From NCBI GenBank assembly GCA_010093605.1, contig MU004195.1, positions 1,503,566 through 1,567,565 on the forward strand: 64,000 nt of DNA, given 5' to 3'. The translations under genes and the position numbers were made by a program. Below, piece by piece: positions 21,826 to 34,619 of this stretch (its first letter is position 1; every line of letters begins with the position of its first letter). Source of the stretch: Lophium mytilinum (taxonomy: Eukaryota). Under the pieces are notes generated by a model. That model saw only the letters and a list, made by a program, of their open reading frames with translations, was not told the DNA's origin and did no database searches.

Positions 21826-24674
21826 CTATTGCTGTCACCGAGGCTCGAGGCGAGGCGAGCCCTTGGCAATGTGCACAGGGCCACGTGATTTGCACGGGGT
21901 CTGTCTCTCCATCCCGTTTCCAGGCGATCAGCACGGAGCTTTTGTCCGCCTCATCCCACGCCAGCCTGTCAATTGCAGCCCCCACGACCTATGCCCGCAT
22001 CGCCCGAACACATCCCCCACCGTGGGGTTGTCACAGGATACATTTTGGGCAGCATTCGGACGTCAGTCAGGCCCGTTGACGGCCTCGAGCCCGCTACTGC
22101 TTTCTTTTGTCCATTCATTCCTGTCCATGCTTCACTCTGCCTCACACTCCACTGTCCGCACCGTCAGCCAAGCCGGCAATTGCTCGACACAGACCGTCCA
22201 GGTTCCTCGGCACGCTCCTGGCCCTGCAATATCGGCCCTGATGCGCATTGGACAGCCAGCAACTCAACAGCGAGAGTGACAGCTGGTCATGGCCTCGATC
22301 AGGGCACCACTAACCTGGGCATGCTCCGGCGGCAGCGATCCTGACCACATCGTTGCGCTGGCATCAGGGACTCGCGGACAGCACGACGCAGCCACCTCGT
22401 AGTCCATGTTGTCTCCCAACGTGCTGCTTTGGGCAGGGCCTCACCGCCTATCCCAGCATCGAGCCCTAAAAATACAGCTCCAGCGCTAGAGCGGCCTCTG
22501 CAGACGTCTGATGAACTGGTTCACAGGCTGGGCTGGGAGAATCGGCCAGACAGCCAGCTGGCACTCCAGCCATGTCATCCCCAGATTGCCGCGTCCAACC
22601 ACAGTGGGCGTCGACCGCCAGACGTTGAGGGCTGCAACGAGGCTGGCGACGGGCCAATGGAGGGTCGCGGTATTTATGATGAGGCCGTCGTTGACGAGTT
22701 CCCGGGACCTCTGACCGGGGCGTTGGAAAAGCGATGGCCGCCCGCCCGTGAGAAACTGTGTATTGGCACCGACAAGCCAGCAGCAACGTCAACGTGCGCT
22801 TCCGCCTCATGATGCGATGAACTCTGGCTCCGTGCGCTGCCAGGAGGCCGGCTCATGCGCCGGCGGCGATGTCCTGCCCGCGATCGAGCCCCAAACCTCG
22901 TTCAACGCGCCAGCAGTGTGCCCACGATTCGAGCCTTGATTCAGGCTCTTTCACCGCCATACCCACCGTTCTTTCACTCGGCCGTCCAAGCCCTGCTGCG
23001 AGACTCATGCAGCTGCCCGCCGGGTTGCTGCGTCCGCAGAGAAGATTCCAGTGCCGCGCTGCAGCGGCGCGTCTGCACGTTGATATGTACTCTGTGCCAG
23101 ACGTGAGAACGCATCCCTCGCGGCACGGCATGGTCCCTGAACGACGTCGGGTTAGCTCACGTGGGAGCCCGTATGCTAGCGGTGCTCCCAAAATGCCTCC
23201 GACGGGTGAGGCCGGCTCTCGCGCACTGGCAGGGCCACAGGGCGTCCAGGAACAGCACGCTGGACGACGACAGCGGCCGGCCAGCTGGCCGGCAGTTCAC
23301 CGCTACTATAACGTCGTTGTTGTTGCAGCATTTCGCCGGGATGGGCGTGGCCGCGAGGAACCTTCACTGACGCAACGGGTCAAGCTTTATGCCACCTCAC
23401 CAACTGCACCGCCCTGTTCGCGAGGCTTGCCTGCCTTGAGATCAGACGCCGTAGGGCAGGGCGCGAGGTGCAGATCTTGTTCGCCTCAAAGCCGTCGCGC
23501 TTGACGTCTCGCGAGATGCGCGCTCCCTAGCATCCTTCACCGCCGTGACTGGCCGCCCTCCCTCGATCGCTGGCTGCTGGCTGCCGCGAGACAGCCATGG
23601 TCTGCTCTCGATCCTGCTGAAGCCAGCAGTCCAGCAGTCTGTTTACTGCGCCGTCCAAGTCCTGTCCAGGGTGTGCGACACGTCACTGCGCTGCTTTCGC
23701 TTTGCGCACGCCAGGCCCGCAACACCACCCACGACGCCTTTCTTTTGCTCCACACGTCGCTAGCTCTCCGCACGCCCTCCTGGATCAGCTGTGACTATTT
23801 TAGTACGTGGGTCATCCCAGCCGGAACCCTACCTCGGACGTGCAGTGTGGCGCCTGGGAGCTGCATGCCATTGTCGTTCCAGCAGTTTGCTGCATCCATC
23901 AAATCTTCCGCTTTCCAGGTCGCATCCCATCCTCCTGACGTCCAAACGTTTCTTCTTTCTTGTTGTCTTCAGTGGCTATGCCTCGAGCTTGCCCCCTCTG
24001 AACGATTGGCTGGCCATGTTTCACTCCCCTGCCAAACCGGCCCTGAACACTTCCTAAATAGCTTGCGAGGGCAGCCACTTAGAGCACGGAAGCTACATCA
24101 GTACTTGTAGTTGGTCACTTTCGTCCAACACGGCACATCTTAAGAACATCAAACTCACGGGCTCTCCACCCGCTCTATTCCCCGTACTTTCGCCTGCGTG
24201 TTGTTACCAGCAACCAGCGTGACTGTACATCGCTGGACAACACACCCTCCATCCCATCGAGTCGTCATCGTCACTGCAGCCGAAGAGCCTCGCGCAGCGC
24301 ACCGCTGTCTGCCTGACGAGTCAAGCCCAACGTCAAGCCTCACCTCGACCCGACAGCAGGCCGCAGCAGCCTCTCCGCCCTCCTTTGGGCCTACGAACGC
24401 TCGCCAAGTCACAGCATGCGACGTGCTTGACCGGAACTACCATCAACTATCTACTTCCATCGACTTCTCGGCGGTAGCGAGCTGTAGCGAGCTGCATTTG
24501 ATATTGGGGTCGCTGTCCGCCACTTCAGGTATCAACCCCAGCACTCATCCATTGACCTTTGCCCCAATTGTCATCTCGTTGCCATCTCGAACCTCTTGTG
24601 TGCAGCTTGGGCAGGAAAGAAAGTCACCGTCGATTACGAATGGGCTGGCTCACTGCTAGCCCACATCAGCCGTC

Positions 24675-26305
24675 GTGGATATCAATCTCCTACTCGAGCC
24701 TCGAGGCTCCGAGTCTCCCTCGAGTAAGAAGAGCACTAAAAGCACTAAAAGTGCTACATCAGTAGCTTCGTCTTCTGGTGCGACAAGGGCATACACAACG
24801 GCACCATCGGCGTATACGCCCTCGCCAGCATCGTATGCCACCACTTCTCCAGCGTTCGCTGCAGCATCTCCAGCATATGCAGCATCTCCGTACGCTGCTG
24901 CATCATCCTACACGACATCAGGACCGCCTTCCACCATCTCTATAGGCGTACCTTCAATGCAAGGCGGACCGGTACTGCAGCCGCTATCTGTTCTCCAGCA
25001 ACAGCACGCGCAATCTGACCCTTTACAGCATCCACAGAACTTCCGCCCGCTCTACTCTGGTCCACAGGGCGCAGCACCTCCCGCTTTATCCCATGGATCA
25101 CCACCACTACCGCCCATCAGACGTGCAGCTTCGCAGACTCCGCTACCTGAGGAGAGTCCAGCGAAGAGGCAGTCGAAATGGGGGCAAGAGGAGGACAATC
25201 TAATCATCGAGCTCAGAGGTACAGGAATGAAATGGGAGGATATCGCAAAGCACTTTCCCGGACGATCAGCCATCGCATGCCGATTACGATACCAAAACTA
25301 CCTCGAAAAGCGCGCAGTTTGGGACGAAGAGAAGAAAAACAAGCTCGCGAGACTCTATGCTCGGTAGGTCCCAACCCTCAACCACCGCCCTTCGAAACTA
25401 GACGAGGCGCGCAACGCTGCAAACATTTGGTCTACCACTTTCCTATCGCATTCCTTGCTCCCACGAGCACATTTGGATCTTGGTCATCATCTGCCACATT
25501 GCGTTCCACATCGTCCTGAGTCTATCCCTTCACTGCCCCTCAGACCTACCTGAGTTTAACTAACACTGCGAACAGATTCAAGGACCAGATGTGGCAGAAG
25601 GTCGCCTCGGAGATGCAAATCCCCTGGAGGTCCGCCGAGAGCATGCACTGGCAGCTGGGCGAGCAAGAAATGAGCGCCCGAGCCAACGCGCCCGTCTTCC
25701 AGCTGCACCCGTCAGCCACCGGAATTCCTTCGCCCCCTTCCGGTCGCCCAGCAACGCCGCACTTCACGCCCGCCAACATTCCGCAGAACCAAACCCCCGG
25801 GCCAGGCCAACACCACCATCCGCACCCAGCGCACCACCAATCGCACCCGCACGCACCTCATCTCCTCCATCAACGCTCGGATAGTGGGCCACCGCCTCGC
25901 CTTCGCCGCAACAGCTCCATCAGCCGCCGCCGCTCCGACGGGTCAGGGTCAAGATCGAGATCCAGCCTGCCTCCGCAGCTGGGCCCACAGCTACCGGCAC
26001 TGCAGCCAGTCTCTGAAAGCGAAATAGTGAGTGGTGGCGGCCCCAGGACGGCGCCCGTGCTTCAGGAGACGGGTCAGAAAAGGGATAGGGAGAGTGTAGG
26101 GTTTGTAGAACCGTATCTCAGAAAGAGAAGGGAGATCGAGATGGCGGGAGGTGAGGGCGGTGTTGCCAGCGCTGGTGGTGTCGAGTCTAGGGAGTCAAAG
26201 AGTGGGCCGAGAAGTCAGGGGACGAGAAGCCCGGAGAGTACATCACAGCGCAGTGGGACTGGGAGTGTGATGAAAGAGGAAGAGGTGGATGTTAGGAAGG
26301 AGTGA
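24675..26305 (+). CDS. Myb/SANT-domain transcription factor; intron 25364-25575; start probably GTG 24675 (first in-frame ATG is 24957)
   Basis: SKWGQEEDNLIIELRGTGMKWEDIAKHFPGRSAIACRLRYQNYLE and second repeat WDEEKKNKLARLYAR/FKDQMWQKVASEMQIPWRSAESMHWQLG. Confidence 0.88.
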
Positions 26306-27651
26306 TGAAAGAGATAGGGTCGGCTGACTAGGTCGGGGGCGCTTCGACATGACATCGGACTTTATGAACAAACCGCCTTCAAATCTGCTATGCAGTCTCG
26401 AGCTGGATGCCATGGCCGAAGCCCCACGATCAAGACGGCTGTAAAGAATTACGATTGTGCTTTGAAGGGAGTCTGCGAAGGATCAAGATTAGGAGTCGGG
26501 CAGTACACACGCACTCGGGCTGGAACCGATAAGAGCATGGGAATTTCACAGGGCATGGGCGGAACAAGGAATCAGTTTTGGTAGATACTTCGGTTCCGGT
26601 CGCGAGTTGGATGACATCTGGAGGATCGATTTTTGCTTTTCCTTGAAACCTCTTTCTAAATCTCTTGTCTTTCTCCACCTTTTTTTCCTATTTCGCGCGG
26701 CAAACGATTGTGGCATTTAGCGTTGGGCGGACAGCTGTCCTTTCTGTTTCACTTCTTCATCATCATTATCATCGTTGGTATTTTGTCTCATCTCACTCAT
26801 AGCAAGCGTCGGTCGGCTGGATATTTGTTTGTTTTCATGTTGTTTTCCTTGCCTAAACCACTATATCTAATTCACACGAACGCATTGGCGGTCATGATTG
26901 TGCATTTACACTAGCAAGCCCTTTTCTCTTTCCTCTTTCTTTCTCCGTTTCTAAGCTGTCTTTCCTAGATATCCTTGGTTCGTTTCCTTTGTTTTCTCCG
27001 TTTTTCTTAGTCGCAAGCATGAGCGTAAGGTTTTTTGGCTGCACAGGCGGGTTCTCTTCGTGGCATTTTGCGGATACACCGATATATAACTACATATATA
27101 GCTGGAACTCGGGACACTTGGGCAAGGGAACGGTGGATATACACAACAACAACAAACTACACTATATAGAAGAGGATTAAGGACAACACCGCCGTCATGG
27201 CTATGAACGTATGATTATCCTTTACATCCACCACTAAACTCCCTCTACCACAAAAATTGCTGTGAAATTCTCAGGATTTGAAAATTATGCACTGTCCAGC
27301 TTTCTAGCCAACGACCCACCGCCAACAGGCCAGCGGACAAGTGTTGTGTGGCACAGCATGCCACTACTCAGCCAGCCCCCAGGGGGTGGGAGGGCATCCT
27401 TCTCGATCTTTCCATGCAGGTCAGAGAGAATTTTTTTCCGCGCTTGACAGCTGTTTGCGCAAAAACTGAACCCCCCCCCCCCAGTAGCAGATCATTAGTT
27501 ACCAGCAAGCACGCCTTGTTTTCTCTTGTTTCTTCGCTTCGTGGACGGCACTAGTCGTTGGCGTGCAGGTGGTTAGCTCCTCCCTTAGTGCCAACACGCA
27601 ACGATGTAAAATTAGCTAGTTCTACAGTGGTTTTAGAAGACTTTTTTTTCA

Positions 27652-27729
27652 ATCGATCGATCGGTGGATGGATGGATGGATAACGCCCAACGCATACACA
27701 CATACACACACGCACGCACGCACGCACGC
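27652..27729. repeat. Compound microsatellite (ATCG)n-(GGAT)n-(CA)n-(CGCA)n
   Basis: Read directly. Confidence 0.85.
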
Positions 27730-30700
27730 TTGACGTAGTGTTTAGATGATGGAAGTGTTTTGTGTAGGTTGGTAGCGTACGTGGCCCATCCAGCGCTGCC
27801 AACGCGCGGCGGACAGCGGCTTTGGTTTTCTCCTTCACCGTTTTCTGCTAGGTTTGGGATGGTGGAGCCGAGTTGGCTTTTGGGGGGGTGGGGTGAGTCA
27901 ACGGAGGAAACACAGCCAACCCATACATGGACTGTACATTGCCTTTGTGGGGTTCCAACAGCCCTGTGGCAACCGTTGGGGTTGGCACAGCTGTGCATTG
28001 CAGCATTGGGGAGACCCACTCGCGCCGATGTTGTTTTCAAGGGACCCCCATGTGCGTCATACAGGTGACGGAGGTGGTGTTCTAAGTTGGGCGCGCATGA
28101 TGGAGTCAGGAGGGAGGAAGGGGGTGGAATGAGGCTGTGGAAGGTGGGTATGGGCGGTGTGGGTTGGGGCGATTGACGGTGTGTGCAGGTCGCTTTGAGA
28201 GGGATGCTGAGATGGAGGTGGAGTGAAGCTGGTTCAATCGATGTAAAAGCGCCTTTGTAGTGTAGGGTATGTGGAGGAACTTGAGCAATGGTATCAAACG
28301 GGTGCCGAGGATGCTGCGTAGAGTATAGATGAACTGATCGCGATCCCCGAGACGAGCGTCGAGGGCTTTGAAAAGGTTACTTGGTCAAGGAACTGGTCCA
28401 AGGGTGGAGGTCTGTCAGTGTGCTAGAATGTGGGGAATAGGGGGCCGAGTGCCGAAGTGATGCTGAGATGCAGGTGCGAGGGTTGAGTGGGATAGAAAAC
28501 GGTGTTGTGCGTCTTGTTGGGGGCCTGAAGGGTGGGACTGAGTGGTGAAGTACTTCTCCCAGCTTCACAACAAACCGACTTCACCACTCAGCAGCAGTGG
28601 GCCTCGAGTCGATTGCGCCCTCCCAACGACGCTTCGCCGCCAGTCAGCATAGAAGCACGCAGTCACGCGGAGGGAACGACATGGATGGTCATGTCTACAA
28701 TGAGGCGCCCGTTTGATAGGGAGCTGATCTCCTGGACGCTGGCGTGAATCTGGATCGCGCTGCTCCGGGGTGCGGCTCCCAAAAAGAGTACCCATTATCA
28801 CGAATCTAAGCAATTGGAAGTCCAGGAGCTGGCATTCTCGAATGGGAACGCCGTGAGTGGACGCTGTGGGCCTCGCTTGCTTGCTATCACTCTGTCACAT
28901 CGTCACTGACGGACATGAACGGCAGGGGAAGTGTGGGCGGCAACTGCATTATCAGCGGCATATTGCTGTCTCAGCACGATCCTGGCGTGTGGAGAGCTCC
29001 GTAGGCGCGTCGCACAGATCTCGAAGCAGGGTCCTGATATCGATGGTTGGCGAGGACACGCTCGAGCAAGCACGGACGGCAGTTTGAGCTGCGGAATGGT
29101 GAGGTTCTGGGGCTCCGAGGACGGGACGGGACGAGCTGACGTGATTTCCGCTTCACCGGAGATGTATTCGCCGGCTCTTAGTAGCCTATGGTGGTGTTGA
29201 AGCTGGGGATGCGGCTTTGCTTGGTCAGTGTTTGGCTTGGGGGTGGAGAAGTGACCTCGGATCGCCTGTTTGAGTGCTGTTAAGGTTCAATGATCACGAG
29301 GACTTGCTGAGTACGCCTGGGACTAGTTGTTCGGGAATATCCTTGCGCTCGGAAGCGGGTGTCCTGTGGAGAGGGGATGTGGGGGGCGTTTCGAAGATGG
29401 CGTCGAGCGGACGTGCCGCGGGAGCCGCCCGGGGCGGTGACCCCAGAGGGATATTAGGTAGGATGGTATGAGACTTCTGAACCTGGACTTGATACATTCT
29501 ATGCACTGAAACTATAGTTGGAGAGCAGGAATGTCGTCTGGTTGATGATGATTGGAGCAATGATATTGAAGTGTCGGATAGAGACGCTCACCACCCCTTT
29601 ACCGAGCAAAGCAGGTATGACTGAAGGCCCAAGTCTCTTTTCTACGCGAATTTCAATCTACAAATGCTAATGTCTTTTTAGAAGTTGTAGGAATGGAATC
29701 GAGGGTCCTCTTTCGTCGCTGAACCTCGTGATCTCGAGGCCACCCTTCACTCTTGAGCGAACGCGCATATTTTCCTTATCCAACAATGAACGACATGTCG
29801 TAGTGTCGGTACTGAGAGCCTAAAGGCATATCTCATAGTCACGTTGAATCACAACATTCGAGAGAGATAGCTTGAGATAGTGACGTTGCCCTAGTAGCAC
29901 AGCACATAACTGGGAGAGAGGGTATGCATCGTGCCTTGTACTGCTTAGCATTTGATCTTACGGTCATTATAGCATAAAATGAATGAAACAGTAGCTTAAC
30001 AGGTCATTCATCTCCCTTATCCAACATTCGACCAACAGGACCAGGATCACCACGTTCTTCTGCCACCCCAGTACCTCCGTCCTCCATCCACCACGCTCCA
30101 AACTTCAACAAAAACATCCACATGGCCACCCTTTGCTTACTCAAGCTCATTCTCTCTTACACTGCCATGGTAAAGAGAGGATTCGACCGGTTCAATCTCA
30201 TACTACAACTTGAACCGATTCAAAAGCTCTTCCGTCCAGGTCTCCATCCCCGCTCCCCCCTGGACATCGATCACGGCCTGATCAGCTCCCTGCATTCCGG
30301 CACCGCAGCAAGTCTCGATAGCAGCATCAATACTTTAATTAGTCTCGACACTAATAAAGTCACTGAAACTAATCATCGTACTTATCGCAAGGTAGAGCTT
30401 TCCAGGATTGAGATGACGTGGGAATCAAAGAAGCGTTTCGTGCCTCAAGATCGTCCACAGTCATTCGTTGTATTGGGCGAGGACTGAATGATTGTAGTCA
30501 GTATTGGATAGCTACTGTGGCGTGGTGGTAGATGGAGGCGCGAAAGATCGGACGTTAAGACAGAGGGAGCATGATATTGGGGCTGTGAGACCAAGAAAAG
30601 ATCTACGATTTGTGGGTGTAAGAGTGACAACTTCATGTACCTACGTACAATACTGCATTTCAAGATGACATTTTGATAAAACAACGAGATGAACATGTAC

Positions 30701-31680
30701 CTGTTCTTGCAAATGGCGAGCGAGGAGACAGAAGCTCATAGTGAGCTAATGTCCCTTGGGTCCTTTGTTTTAGCTCAGAAAGATGCATATAACTTCTCAG
30801 TCACATTTCGTCGTTTAGCATCCTGGCACCTCCATCTTCTCGGCTTTGATATCCCCCTAGCTCCTGGACTTCGAGGCTCTCCAATATCTATGGTTGGGTC
30901 TTGTGCGCATAGAGGAGGCCTTTGTTGCGAGTAGTTGATCGATCTATCCGCTCCAATAGTCACGTGACATTTTCCTTCTCCATTCCATCGTTCTCATATT
31001 CCGCTGACCACCACGTCTCCCATGGACCTCCTATCTCCCTACGATGTTCTGTATACTCCTCAATCCCTTCCAACGCCCACGACCACTGCCCTATCCAGCG
31101 TTACACAACATCACGGAAAGCCCGACCCGCAAAGCTTGAGCACCCGCAGCAAGCGCCAACCCCCTGCCCCCACTCCCGCATGATCACCTTTCCCCTGCCC
31201 AACGGTGTGCAACCACCCGTTCGGCTTCCTGACAGTCCGTTACGCCCTCTCATGCCCGTTCCCGCCTTCTCAAACCCACCGCCATTCTCCCGACGCAGGA
31301 GGCACTAGGGTCGAGATACTGCCACTCGCCGTGTGCAACAGTGCACAGGAACACATCACCACATACGCATGAGATCAAGGGGTGAACATGATCTAAAGAC
31401 CAAGAATCGTTGGACAGGTTGACCCAAAACAATGTGACTACGCAAGGCTAGCAAGAACACAGACAGTGGTATATCAAAAAGACCCCAAACCAGGTACCAA
31501 ACGCCCAAGAAACCATGACACCGTGACCTCGTGAGCCCATCCATCCAGACGGTCCTAAACGCGGGAAACAACAGGTAGTGGTACACACCCAGCGTCGCAC
31601 ACCGGGCTCTTGTAGCCAATTTTCTCCCATTACAGGAACGCATTACCGCAAATCGCAATAGGCAGGGGGGCGGTGTTGTG

Positions 31681-34619
31681 TCATGAGTCGTCAGAGGCTG
31701 ATTTCTCGCTGGCCTGCGCGAAGAAAAGCTGCGTAGGGCGCTCCGACGTGTTCTCGATGCTGTAGGTGTTTCCTGCATGATGCGAACCGTGGTTCACTCG
31801 TTAGCCTTTCGCTCTTCTTGCTGCATGCAGGGTGGATGCATGTACGACGCGGTGAGAGAAACAAGACGCGATCAGCGCCCATACGAAATTGAGTGCATGA
31901 AAATCAAGAGACCGGTGTAGAGTGCTAATAGAAGAAAGGAACATGAGGACATAGCAACGTCTCTCGTCTCGTCGGCCGCCTGAACCACAGCAGTCATCTT
32001 TGAACGTTGTGATAAGAGCGGGAAGCGAGGTGGCACAGCTCGCACGGCCAGCGCCACATGAGCCCCGTACGAAAACACACAGTGGGGGCGGACCGCAATC
32101 GCCAGAACACCAGACTGCCGTGCAACGTTGCCCTACGATAGCGCACCGCAAAACCCGGCCACGCGCAGAGCAATGGCCGAACAGGGGATAAGCATAAAGC
32201 GACCGCCGTCGTACAGACCGCGGACCGCCATTGCGCCAAAGCGATCCCGCTGCAAGCGCTTCGCCAGGCTGCTCATCGACTCGAAGGTCGAAGAAGTACT
32301 CAGCACTGAAAATGTGCTGAGGCGGCGGGACGAAAGAAGGAGAGACCGCGATGAAACAAGAGACATGCCGCAAGTGAGAAAATGAGAGTGAACTGACCTC
32401 GTGGAACTTGAAAGTAGCCGCCCTTGTGTACATTGAACCTTTCGTCTGATATCGTCACTTCTGCCGACCCCTCAAAGACGAAGAAAGCGAATTGCATTTG
32501 CCGCGCGTTCCTTGGCCGTTTGAAGCCCCCAGGAGGGAGATTGATTAGACCTGCGCCGAAAAAAGGGTGAAGATTAACCAGTTTGGCAAACTGGAACTGC
32601 CCCCCTGATACGTCTTTGAAGGGGATTCCTTCTTGTGACATCGCGATTTCTGTTCTGGAATAAGCTTTTTATGTGAAGACGTCAATTCTCAATGACTGAC
32701 CTTGCTCTTCTAGCTCATTCTTGGCTACGCCCAGTTCTGAGTTCCACGCAGTTACAGTGCCTGAAAGATGCCCAGGATCAATCTCCCAATCATCAAGCTC
32801 CACATCTTCTTCAATCTTCGCCCTGCGTTTCGATTTCCCGGCCCCTCTCTTTTTCCCGGCGGTTTCGGATTCCAACCGGTTATCTGCGCGGACAACCTCT
32901 ACGTTGTTTTTGTAATGATCGTACTTGATGGTTTCTCCCCGCCAAAAGTCTACAGGTTTGACAGAGGCTCTTCCGGATCGCGTCGTTCGCATGCCTACGT
33001 CCTCAAAGGGCGTGCCTTGTCGAAGCTGCTGAAGACCACGAACGATGGGGGGCCGTCTTGAAATTGTACTCGCAGTGGATGGCACTTCACTAACTGCTTT
33101 TGACACGCCTCTTTCTTGTCGTGAAGCTGCAACTGATCCTGATCTGGCGTTCGGATCGCGCTCGGAAGGTACTGCTTTTGGCTTCGGTTTCGGTTGCACC
33201 TTCCTTTGCGGAATTGCTGGAACCTTGAAGACCGACTCCTGCTTGCTGGCAGACGTGGAGTCACGGTGTACATTGACCTTGTTCTTTGGCGGCCTCCCGC
33301 GCTTTTGTGGTGGTGGCATTGGGACTGGCTCCTCTTCCACCGTACTCTCTTCCAAGACTACATCCGGTTCAGCCACGCTCTCCGTCTCCTCATCCTCGTC
33401 AACTTCCTCACCCTCCTCCTCCTCTTCAGGCTCTGGCTCCGGTACTTTCTTTTTGAGTTTGCTGGAATGCTGCACAGGAACACTTCTCCTTGGCTGAAGC
33501 AGCGCTGGGCTTGATTCCTGGGCAATTGAAGATCTCTTTGAAGGCTTGACTCTCGGTGCAGCCTTGGATTTGACTCCACCTTTTCGCACCTGGGTCGCTT
33601 TAGGAGTGGGTTCTCTAATCGAAGGCTCATCTTCCACAGGAAGTGCATTCGCTCTCGCCGTTTTGCCTATCCTACTCTTCTTTGCGGGTGGTGGCGTGAC
33701 CTCCGGTAAAGGTAGAGAATCCTCAGAAGATGCACCAAACGCGTTATCATCGTCCTCGGCTCCTTGCACAAATTGTAATGATTCGTCCTCAATAGGCGGA
33801 AATAGCGATTGCTCTTGCAGCCCATTGAACTGCAATCCCGAATCTCCATTTGTATATTGATCCTCTTGTACGATGCTTTCTTCATACGTCCTCTTTTGCC
33901 CACGCACTGGCGACTCCTGTAAATCATAGATATCTGGGCGCGCGGGCCCTCGTCCACCCTTCCCATTTGTGACCACGGGGGTTGATCGCGCAACAGTCAA
34001 GCTCGTCGGATCCTCCTCCGTACTGGAAAAGTCGAGACGCCGACTGACTACTGGGTGGGATGTGGAGCGATCGGGAGACCCCACAGACCTTCGCGCGGCG
34101 GACCTGGGGCCCATGGAAGATTGCCGGCGCGGAGAGGATCCGAGGTTTGTTTTCATCGGGGATCGGGAGACAGGCGGAGGGAAGACCGTCTTGCTTTTCC
34201 GGAGGAGGTTTTGAGACTTGATCGTCTGGGTTGGTTCGGGAATGGAGCCTGCGTCGCATTAGTTATTGTGCAACGCGCGCCGTGTCTAGGCAAACGCGCG
34301 TAAGGGCTGCTTTTCATACTCTCTTGAACCTCCATGGACTCGGATGTTGTGACCGTCCCGCCTGACCTGCGACCGGCCGGGCGCTTTGGGGGAGACTTCT
34401 CGGGCGACGAGAAGATGCCATCGAGTGGCTCCATGCCATACTCATCGCGAATCCCTTTGTCTTCGAGGGTGATTCCCGTTTTACTGCCCGAGTAGGTCAG
34501 CAAAAGCACCCAACAGCAGTGGGGCTCTTTGTTCCTTACCGTCCTTGCACGCCAACGTCGAAGTACTTGTTTCCCCCGCGAGTCTTGCGGCCCGGGGTGC
34601 CTCCAGGTGCGGGCGCCAT
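31681..34619 (-). CDS. MIF2: Inner kinetochore protein CENP-C/Mif2 with C-terminal cupin domain
   Basis: ATG 34619; KYFDVGVQGR/KTGITL..RDEYGMEPLDGIFSSPEKSP; AT-hook KRGRPPK; CENP-C motif TRSGRASVKPVDFWRGE; cupin FGAGLINLPPGGFKRPRN..YFQVPRG joined across intron 31773-32397 to NTYSIEN..QLFFAQASEKSASDDS*. Confidence 0.93.

Noticed and set aside
21863..24659. Many overlapping 60-210 aa ORFs
   Set aside because: Expected by chance in GC-rich non-coding DNA; low-complexity R/A/S/P composition and no domains
30959..30968. GTCACGTGAC as a CDEI point-centromere element near MIF2
   Set aside because: No AT-rich CDEII or CDEIII; filamentous ascomycetes have regional centromeres
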